Assembly: GCA_947644695.1 (NCBI GenBank) | Contig: CANSAJ010000001.1 | Coordinates: 17,348-81,347 of the forward strand | DNA from: an uncultured Bacillota bacterium | Lineage (GTDB): Bacteria > Bacillota_I > Bacilli_A > RF39 > UBA660 | DNA: 64,000 bases | Reading direction: 5' to 3' | Shown here: in pieces, positions 56,793 to 64,000 of the stretch | Layout of the letters: every line of letters begins with the position of its first letter | Numbering within the stretch: position 1 is the first letter of the stretch | The notes under the pieces: model-generated | Told to the model about the DNA's origin: nothing | The model's input: only the letters and a program-made list of their open reading frames with translations | Databases searched by the model: none | Position numbers and translations under genes: made by a program

Positions 56793-59700
56793 TTATTCAT
56801 CATTATCCATAGATAATAAATTTTTGATGTCTTTTTCGGTTAGTTTAGAAATTATATTTTGATCTCTATCTTTGCCTTCAATTAGTTTATCACTTAGTAT
56901 TTTTTTCTTTTCTTGTAGTTCAAGTATTCTTTCTTCAATAGTGCCTTTACAAATTAGCTTAATTACTTCTACAGTGTTTTTTTGTCCTATTCTGTGTGCT
57001 CGGTCTGTCGCTTGATTTTCAACTTGAGGATTCCACCATAAGTCTAAATGTATTACTACATCTGCGCTGGTTAAATTTAGGCCAGTTCCTCCAGATTTAA
57101 GAGTTATTAGAAATACATTTGTGTCATCTATATTAAATTTGTCTACAAGTTCCATTCTTTTTTTAGAGGATACACTTCCATCAATTACGAATGTTGAGAT
57201 GCCATTGTTGGTAAATTCTCTATTAACTATATCTAAGGCTGTTTTATAGCTTGTAAATAAAAGTATTTTATGGCCATTTTTTATTATGTCTTTTGTTAAT
57301 TCAATTAAGTGCTCTATTTTTGAGCTTTCACCTTCATATTCGTCATAAATTATTTTTGGATCTATGCATAGTTGTCTAAGTCTAGTTAGTAATTGGAGAA
57401 TTTTAAAGTTTCCTTTTTTAAATCCTTCTCTAGCTATTATTTCATCCATTTCTTTTTTTGTCTTTTCAAGTTCTACTAAATATAGTTTTTTTTGTTCTTT
57501 AGTTAGTTCAATATATATGTTATTTTCTATTTTATCTGGTAGTTCTTTTACTACATCTTTTTTCTTTCTTCTCAATATAAATGGTGATATTTGTTTGTTT
57601 AAACTACTAAGTGATTTTAAATCTTCTTCATTTATGTCTTTTATACTATATTTCTTATTAAATGAGACTAGATTAGCTAGATATCCTGGCATAATAAAAT
57701 CAAATATGCTCCATAGTTCTAGTACTGAGTTTTCTAGTGGCGTTCCTGTTAAAGCGATTTTTGTATTAGCTTTCAGACTTTTTATTACTTTTGTCATACC
57801 TGCGGTAGGATTTTTAATATTTTGTGCTTCATCAATTGCTATTAGTTCGAAGTTTATATTCATATATTCTTCTTTATCTTGTCTTACTAAACCATAAGTT
57901 GTTATAAGCACATTAATATTATTTAAATTTTCTAAGTCTTCTTTTCTTTTAGTTCTATTTTCTGCTAATACTTTATATTTTATTTCACTTCCAAATTTAT
58001 CAAATTCATTTTTCCAGTTATATACTAAAGAAGTGGGTGCGACTATTAAAATTAAGGCATCTTTTTTTTCTTTTAGTATTTGTTTTATGAAATTAATCAA
58101 TTGTATAGATTTTCCTAATCCCATTTCATCTGCTAAGATTCCGCCAAAACCACATTTATAAATATTATATAACCATTTTACGCCTATTTGTTGATAGTCT
58201 CTTAGTGTTTCTTTTTCTTTTTTAGTGAATTGTATTTTTGTTTCTTTATATGAATTAAATTTATTAATTAAGTCATCAAAAAGATTATTAGTTTTGATTA
58301 TATGGTATTTATCGTTCTTGACACTGTCTAAATATATTGCACGGTATTTAGGTATAATTCCTTGACCATTTTTAATATCTTTATTTGATAATTCCATATC
58401 TTCAACTAGAGCATCTAATTCTTTTAAATCTTCTCTTTCGCTTAGATTAATTATGTCTCCATTTTTTAAACGATAATATTTTTTGTTGGTTTTTAAATTT
58501 TCTAATATATTTACTATTTCACTTGGTTTTATTTCACCTAGATCAAATTCATATTTTAATATATTATCTTCGCCTATTGAAAAACTTGAACGAATGTTAT
58601 TTTCTTTTAGTATATTAGTTTTCTTTATTTTATCTGATGTAAATACTTCATATTTTTTTGCTAGTTCAGTTAGATTTAATTCTATAAAATCACCTATTAA
58701 ATCTATATCACTTATATAAATTTTTTGATTTTCTACTTCGAATCCATAGCTTAATAGATCATTAATTAGTTCATCTTCTGTTTCTTTATCTCTAATTATT
58801 TTTGTGTTTTTTTCAAAGTAATTTATAGTTTCGCTATTATATATTAGTTTTATTTCACAAGTTATTAAATCTTCTAAAAAATCTAAATATATTTCTATTT
58901 CTGGTTTTACTCCTAACATTATTTTATCTTCTAAAGAGGAGTCTATTTTTACATTATTTTTTACTAAAGGTAATATTCCTTCACTGAATAATTCTAAATC
59001 TTCTTCTTTGAAAGTAATTTCATTTAACCTACTATTATGCATTAATTCAATTATTCTAGAAATCTTTTGGGGTAATATGTATAAAGTATCATCTTTAATT
59101 ACATAGGTAAAAGATCTTTCTAAGAAAATTACATCTTTTGTTTTTATCTCCAATTTATAAATATCATTGTCTTTGGTTAAATTAATATTAAATGGGTTTT
59201 CTGTTGATATATTGTTTATTTTAATGTTGTTATTTATCATAAACTTTTTATTTTTTAATTTAGATATTAGTATTGATATTTTTTCTATTGGAATTAACAT
59301 ATTATTACCATTACTATAGTAGAAATTATTGTTTTTTATTTCTAAAAGACTGTCTAATATTTCTTCATCTGTTTTTGAAAAATAGTGTTTACTTGGATCA
59401 TAGGTAAAGTCTTTTCCAAAGTAAATTTCTTCATTTTTATTTTCATAAGCTTTTAGAAAAGCACTTAGTTTATTTGTCATGCTATATAGTTTAGTTTCGC
59501 CTATTTTAAATCTTAATCCAACAGTTTGGTGGTAACCTCCATAAAATTCTAAGCAAGCTTCTAAAGTTAATTGTTTTTTTAGTTTTATTTCATTTGATTT
59601 TGGTTTCGTATAGAATTCTTTTAGTATTTCTTTTGATATTCTAAGGCTTTTTTCTTCAGGAGTAGTATCACTAGTTAATTCATTAAAATTTAGAAGAACT

Positions 59701-59960
59701 GCGGCTATATGTTTACATGTCCCTGTAGACTCATATGCTCGGCATGAACAAGCTCCATAAGTGTATTTTTTATCTCTTTCTGAAATTGTTACATCATAAT
59801 AATCATAACTAGATTCTGATTCTACTTCAAACTCATGATAAGTTATGCTTCCTATTTCAGTTGATTCGATATATCTTATATAATCTAGTAAATAATTTTT
59901 TCCTCTTATAAATGCATTACCACCTACAAGATTTCTTATTTCAATTTCATTTAAATTCAT
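56793..59960 (-). CDS. SNF2-family helicase/ATPase with N-terminal SWIM zinc finger
   Basis: SWIM CxC..CxH (GACSCRAYESTGTCKHIAAV). SNF2_N motifs I (ADEMGLGKS) and II (DEAQNIKN). Helicase-C motif VI (QATDRAHRIGQ). 1055 aa. Confidence 0.85.
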   Translation of the reverse strand: MNLNEIEIRNLVGGNAFIRGKNYLLDYIRYIESTEIGSITYHEFEVESESSYDYYDVTISERDKKYTYGACSCRAYESTGTCKHIAAVLLNFNELTSDTTPEEKSLRISKEILKEFYTKPKSNEIKLKKQLTLEACLEFYGGYHQTVGLRFKIGETKLYSMTNKLSAFLKAYENKNEEIYFGKDFTYDPSKHYFSKTDEEILDSLLEIKNNNFYYSNGNNMLIPIEKISILISKLKNKKFMINNNIKINNISTENPFNINLTKDNDIYKLEIKTKDVIFLERSFTYVIKDDTLYILPQKISRIIELMHNSRLNEITFKEEDLELFSEGILPLVKNNVKIDSSLEDKIMLGVKPEIEIYLDFLEDLITCEIKLIYNSETINYFEKNTKIIRDKETEDELINDLLSYGFEVENQKIYISDIDLIGDFIELNLTELAKKYEVFTSDKIKKTNILKENNIRSSFSIGEDNILKYEFDLGEIKPSEIVNILENLKTNKKYYRLKNGDIINLSEREDLKELDALVEDMELSNKDIKNGQGIIPKYRAIYLDSVKNDKYHIIKTNNLFDDLINKFNSYKETKIQFTKKEKETLRDYQQIGVKWLYNIYKCGFGGILADEMGLGKSIQLINFIKQILKEKKDALILIVAPTSLVYNWKNEFDKFGSEIKYKVLAENRTKRKEDLENLNNINVLITTYGLVRQDKEEYMNINFELIAIDEAQNIKNPTAGMTKVIKSLKANTKIALTGTPLENSVLELWSIFDFIMPGYLANLVSFNKKYSIKDINEEDLKSLSSLNKQISPFILRRKKKDVVKELPDKIENNIYIELTKEQKKLYLVELEKTKKEMDEIIAREGFKKGNFKILQLLTRLRQLCIDPKIIYDEYEGESSKIEHLIELTKDIIKNGHKILLFTSYKTALDIVNREFTNNGISTFVIDGSVSSKKRMELVDKFNIDDTNVFLITLKSGGTGLNLTSADVVIHLDLWWNPQVENQATDRAHRIGQKNTVEVIKLICKGTIEERILELQEKKKILSDKLIEGKDRDQNIISKLTEKDIKNLLSMDNDE

Positions 59961-60036
59961 TTATAATACTTCCTTTTTTCATTTCAATTGTATCATATGT
60001 CATAATCTTTTAAAAGAAAAATGGGAATTTATCCCA

Positions 60037-62601
60037 TTATATTTTGAATTCATCAAAGAAATCACTCATTGTCATTGTTTCATATATTTCTTCTTTTTCT
60101 TTTTGTATTTCTTTCTTAGATTCTTCACTTGTTTCTGCCGGTTTAATAATTTCTTCGCCAGGCGCTTTTGTTGTTTTGTCATTAATTACTTTTAATCTAG
60201 CTTCTTTATATATATTTTCTATATTTTCTTTATCTATTAAACTACCTGTAGAAGATTTTTCCATTATGTTTATATCACTAGATTTTAGTATTTTTATTTC
60301 ATCTTGAATTATTCCATAATTAGTTTCTCTACTACCAGGATATGTTTTAATTATAGAGTAAGTTTTTGATTTTGGACTTTTTAGAATATTTTCTCCTTTT
60401 AAACTACGTTTGCTATATTCAATATCTTTTAAATGAATTCTTTTGGCTGTGTTTTGATCAGTAAATATTGATATATATTCATGGGCTTCGTTTGTTATGA
60501 ATCCATTAGTTACTTCGTCGTTTACTAGTTTTATTCCTTTTACACCGCTTGTTTTAAGTCCTACTATTGGTATTTCTTCTTTATCGAATTTTAGCGCAAA
60601 ACCATTTTTAGTAATTATGTATACGTCACCATCATTGATACTAGATGATACTAATTCATCTTCATCTTTAAGTTTAAATATTACCATTGGTTTACTATAT
60701 CTAGTTACTGGAAGGTTATTTAGTTTTGTTCTTTTTACATTACCATTTTTACTAAATAATGTAAGTGTTCTTTCGTCAAATGATTTGATTCCAAATGAAC
60801 TTATTATCTGTTCTCCTTCAGTTAAAGTAATATAAGTGCTTACATGTTTTCCAATTTCTTTATATTTTACTTCAGATAAATCTCTTACTGGTAAATAGCA
60901 ATAATTTCCTTTATTTGTTATGAGTATTATAGTATCTATGTTGTTTATTTTGTACAATCCGATTAAGTAATCGCCTTCTTTTAAGCCAAATTCGCCTTCT
61001 TTACTTTGATTGTAGCTTTTTATGCTCATTTTTTTAATGTATCCGCTTCTAGATATGCTTATAATAAAGTCTTCTTTAGGTATCATGCTTAGCTCGTCTA
61101 TTTTTATTTCTGTAATTTCATCTTTGATTATTGTTCTTCTTGGTGTTGCATATTCTTTTTTAATGTTTCTTAGTTCATCTTTCATGACACCTTTTAGTAT
61201 TTCTTCGTCACCAATTACACTTCTTAAATATTCTATTTGTTTAATAAGACTGTTATATTCATTTTGTAAGTCAGTAACATCCGTATTAGTTAACTTATAT
61301 AATTGCATCATTACTATAGCTGTCGCTTGGTCTTCAGTAAATGTATATTCTTTAACTAAATTATTAATAGCATCTTGTTTATTTTTACTAGCACGTATAG
61401 TTTTTATTACTTCATCTAATATATCTAATGCTTTTATAAATCCTTCAACTATATGCATACGTTTTAATGCATGATTTAAATCAAAGTTACATCTATTTAA
61501 TACAACTTCTTTTTTGTGAGAAATAAAGGCATCTAAAATTTCTAATATTCCTAAGGTTTTAGGGCGTCTATTAACTATAGCAACTACATTAAAATTATAA
61601 TTTATTTGTAATTCTGTATTTTTAAGTAAGTAATTTATTATTAATTCTGTGTCTGCATCTTTTTTTAATTCTATAACAAGTCTTGCCATGTTGTTTTTAT
61701 CAGATTCATCTATTACGTCTACTATTCCATCTATTTTTTTATCTGATTTTATATCTTCTATTTTTTTCTTAAGACTTTCTTTTAAAACTTCGTAAGGTAT
61801 TTCTTTTATTAATATTTGATTTTTACCTTTTTCTTTAATTATTTCAAAGTTAGCTTTTAGTACAACTTTTCCTTTACCTGTTGTATAAGCATTTATTAAG
61901 CCTGCTTTTCCTTCTACTACTCCGCCAGTTGGAAAGTCTGGACCTTTTATTATTTCTAAAATTGTGTCTAATCTGCAATTTGGTGAATCTATTCGTTTTA
62001 TTGTAGCATCTATAACTTCTCCTAAGTTATGTGGTGGAATATTTGTAGCATATCCGGCCGATATACCTGTTGAACCATTAACTAGTAGATTTGGAAAATG
62101 TGCAGGTAGGACTGTAGGTTCTAGTAGTTCATCACTGTAGTTAAGTGCCATTAGAACAGTATTTTTATTTATGTCTTCTAGCATTATATTAGAAATCTTT
62201 GACAATCTAGCTTCTGTATAACGGCTAGCAGCTGGACCATCTCCATCTATTGAACCGTTGTTTCCATGAATTTCTACTAGAGGATCTCTCATTTTCCATA
62301 CTTGAGATAGTCTTACCAAGGCATCATAAATCGCAGAGTCTCCATGTGGATGGTAATTACCCATTATGTCGCCTACTGCTTTAGCACTTTTTCTAAAAGG
62401 CTTGTCATAAGTATTATGAGATTCATGCATTGAATAAAGTATTCTTCTTTGAACTGGTTTTAATCCATCTCTTACGTCAGGAAGTGCACGGTCTTGAATT
62501 ATGCTTTTTGAATATCTTGCAAATCTATCTCCCATAATTTCTTCTAGAGTATAGTCATAAATTTTTTCTACTATATTTTCTTTTGTTTCTTTTTTCATCA
62601 C
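60037..62601 (-). CDS. parC: DNA topoisomerase IV subunit A
   Basis: Type IIA topoisomerase A subunit with the active-site Tyr region and a C-terminal beta-pinwheel. The GyrA box is absent (QSKEGEFG where QRRGGKG would be). Sits downstream of a GyrB/ParE-type gene, away from any dnaA/dnaN context. Confidence 0.8.
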   Translation of the reverse strand: MMKKETKENIVEKIYDYTLEEIMGDRFARYSKSIIQDRALPDVRDGLKPVQRRILYSMHESHNTYDKPFRKSAKAVGDIMGNYHPHGDSAIYDALVRLSQVWKMRDPLVEIHGNNGSIDGDGPAASRYTEARLSKISNIMLEDINKNTVLMALNYSDELLEPTVLPAHFPNLLVNGSTGISAGYATNIPPHNLGEVIDATIKRIDSPNCRLDTILEIIKGPDFPTGGVVEGKAGLINAYTTGKGKVVLKANFEIIKEKGKNQILIKEIPYEVLKESLKKKIEDIKSDKKIDGIVDVIDESDKNNMARLVIELKKDADTELIINYLLKNTELQINYNFNVVAIVNRRPKTLGILEILDAFISHKKEVVLNRCNFDLNHALKRMHIVEGFIKALDILDEVIKTIRASKNKQDAINNLVKEYTFTEDQATAIVMMQLYKLTNTDVTDLQNEYNSLIKQIEYLRSVIGDEEILKGVMKDELRNIKKEYATPRRTIIKDEITEIKIDELSMIPKEDFIISISRSGYIKKMSIKSYNQSKEGEFGLKEGDYLIGLYKINNIDTIILITNKGNYCYLPVRDLSEVKYKEIGKHVSTYITLTEGEQIISSFGIKSFDERTLTLFSKNGNVKRTKLNNLPVTRYSKPMVIFKLKDEDELVSSSINDGDVYIITKNGFALKFDKEEIPIVGLKTSGVKGIKLVNDEVTNGFITNEAHEYISIFTDQNTAKRIHLKDIEYSKRSLKGENILKSPKSKTYSIIKTYPGSRETNYGIIQDEIKILKSSDINIMEKSSTGSLIDKENIENIYKEARLKVINDKTTKAPGEEIIKPAETSEESKKEIQKEKEEIYETMTMSDFFDEFKI

Positions 62602-64000
62602 TACCTCCTAAAGTCGTCTTCTAAAGTAAAGTCTACATTTTCTTCAATCCATTCTTTTCTTGGATCAACTTTATCTCCCATTAAAACACTTACTCTTTTT
62701 TCTGCAAGCATTGCATCTTCTATGTTAACTTTAATTAAACTTCTTTTAGATGGATCCATTGTAGTTTCAAATAATTCTTCTGCATCCATCTCACCTAGTC
62801 CTTTAAAGCGATTTACTTTATAGTTTCCTTTTATTGTTTTCTTTTTTTCTGCAAGTTCTTCATCTGTTCCTATGTATTCTTTTGTTTTGGCATATTCGAT
62901 TGAATATAATGGTGGGTTTGCAACAAATATCATTCCTGCTTCTATAAGAGGACGCATGAAACGATAGAAAAATGTAAGTAAAAGTATTTGTATATGTGCT
63001 CCGTCATCGTCGGCATCGGTCATAATAATTATTTTTCCATAATTTGATTCACTTGGATTACATGAAGAACCTATTCCAGCACCTATAGTTTGAATTATTA
63101 AGTTTAACTCTTCGTTTCCGTTTATATCATTACTACTTGCTTTTTCACAATTTAATACTTTACCACGAAGTGGCAATATTGCTTGTATTTCTCTATTTCT
63201 GCCAGTTTTAGCTGAGCCTCCTGCTGAGTCTCCTTCGACTAAGAAAAGTTCATTTTTTTCTTTTATTTTTCCAGCAGCTTTTGTTAGTTTTCCATTTAAT
63301 ATTTTATCTTTTCCTGTTTTAGATTTTCCATTTCTTGCTTCTTCACGAGCTTTTCTTGCTGCTTCTCTTGCTGTTTTGCTTTTTAATGCTTTATCTAATA
63401 TTAAGCTTGCTACTGTTTTATTTTCTTCAAGAAAGTAAGTTAATTTTTCATATACTATACTTTCAACAACACTTCTTGCTTGAGGAGTTCCTAATTTTCC
63501 TTTAGTTTGTCCTTCAAATTGTAAAAGTTCTTCTGGTACATTTACACTTATTACAGCAGTAAGTCCTTCTCTTGTGTCACTTCCTTCAAGTTGAGTATTT
63601 TTTCCTTTTAATAGATTATTATTTTTTATATACTCATTGAAAACTTTAGTTATAGCTGACTTATATCCTGCTTCATGAGTTCCTCCATCTATAGTTTTTA
63701 CATTATTTACAAATGAGATTATTGATTCATTGTATGAGTCTGTATAACACATTGCGATTGCAACTTCTATTCCGTTTTTTTCTCCTCTAATGTCTATTGT
63801 TTTATGTAAAGCTGTTTTATTGTTACACATATATTCTACAAATGATACTAATCCATTTTCATAATGAAAAGTGTTACTTCTTTCTCCTATTTCATCAACT
63901 ATTTCAATAGTTAAATCATTTATTAAGAAAGCTGATTCCTGCATTCTTTCTTGAATTGTACTATAAGAGAATTTTGTTGTTTCAAATATTGTTTCATCTG
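62601..64000 (-). CDS. parE: DNA topoisomerase IV subunit B, partial (5' end beyond window)
   Basis: C-terminal two-thirds of a GyrB/ParE-family protein: transducer, TOPRIM (EGDSAGGSAKTGRNREIQAILPLRGKVLN), C-terminal tail. The reading frame is open to the window edge. Confidence 0.8.
   Translation of the reverse strand, partial: DETIFETTKFSYSTIQERMQESAFLINDLTIEIVDEIGERSNTFHYENGLVSFVEYMCNNKTALHKTIDIRGEKNGIEVAIAMCYTDSYNESIISFVNNVKTIDGGTHEAGYKSAITKVFNEYIKNNNLLKGKNTQLEGSDTREGLTAVISVNVPEELLQFEGQTKGKLGTPQARSVVESIVYEKLTYFLEENKTVASLILDKALKSKTAREAARKAREEARNGKSKTGKDKILNGKLTKAAGKIKEKNELFLVEGDSAGGSAKTGRNREIQAILPLRGKVLNCEKASSNDINGNEELNLIIQTIGAGIGSSCNPSESNYGKIIIMTDADDDGAHIQILLLTFFYRFMRPLIEAGMIFVANPPLYSIEYAKTKEYIGTDEELAEKKKTIKGNYKVNRFKGLGEMDAEELFETTMDPSKRSLIKVNIEDAMLAEKRVSVLMGDKVDPRKEWIEENVDFTLEDDFRR

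Noticed and set aside
60037-62601. Alternative call of this gene as gyrA
   Set aside because: There is no GyrA-box (QRRGGKG) at the start of the C-terminal domain (QSKEGEFG instead), and no dnaA/dnaN/recF/gyrB origin context. The ParE-ParC adjacency is typical of Firmicutes.
1-64000. tRNA, rRNA or other structured RNA genes
   Set aside because: No GC-rich cloverleaf-compatible segments or rRNA-like stretches were seen. The only GC-enriched non-coding tract is the toxI repeat array.

Overview
This is a 64 kb window from a very AT-rich, standard-code low-GC Gram-positive (Bacillota-type) chromosome, about a quarter G+C by eye. Long ORFs are uninterrupted and Trp is encoded by TGG. Both PolC and DnaE are present. 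Gene order follows Bacillus-like blocks (rimP-nusA-ylxR-infB-rbfA, rnc-smc, ruvAB, secDF-rel-dtd, yceD-rpmF-ylbM, spoVID-ysxE). Almost all genes lie on the minus strand. Most of the window is core housekeeping: lon, holA, uvrC, the infB operon, prsA-like, rnhB, dxs, smc, rnc, ruvAB, dtd, rel, secDF, comEA/comEC, dnaE, radC, rpmF, polA, polC, an SNF2 helicase and parC/parE. Inserted into this backbone are several accessory or unusual loci. (1) At 55.9-56.8 kb there is a complete type III toxin-antitoxin module of the ToxIN/AbiQ class: a sigma-A promoter, four tandem 36-nt GC-richer repeats, a hairpin, and a 169-aa AbiQ/ToxN-like endoribonuclease gene, all on the minus strand between polC and the SNF2 helicase. 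(2) At 26.4-30.5 kb there is a small island: an Asn-rich surface-protein gene split by a frameshift in a homopolymer tract, a 679-aa secreted protein with a SipW-type signal and a TasA/camelysin-like N-domain fused to Cys-containing Ig-like repeats, and a divergent 70-aa XRE regulator, with four ATACGTA(T) motifs in the shared intergenic region. (3) Competence pilus genes are dispersed: a lone major type IV pilin sits at 43.5 kb, and three minor pseudopilins at 1.0-2.1 kb lie next to a spoVID/ysxE-like pair. (4) The Rel (p)ppGpp synthetase has an HD hydrolase motif degenerated to HExxTL. No rRNA, tRNA, CRISPR array, transposase or integrase was recognised.
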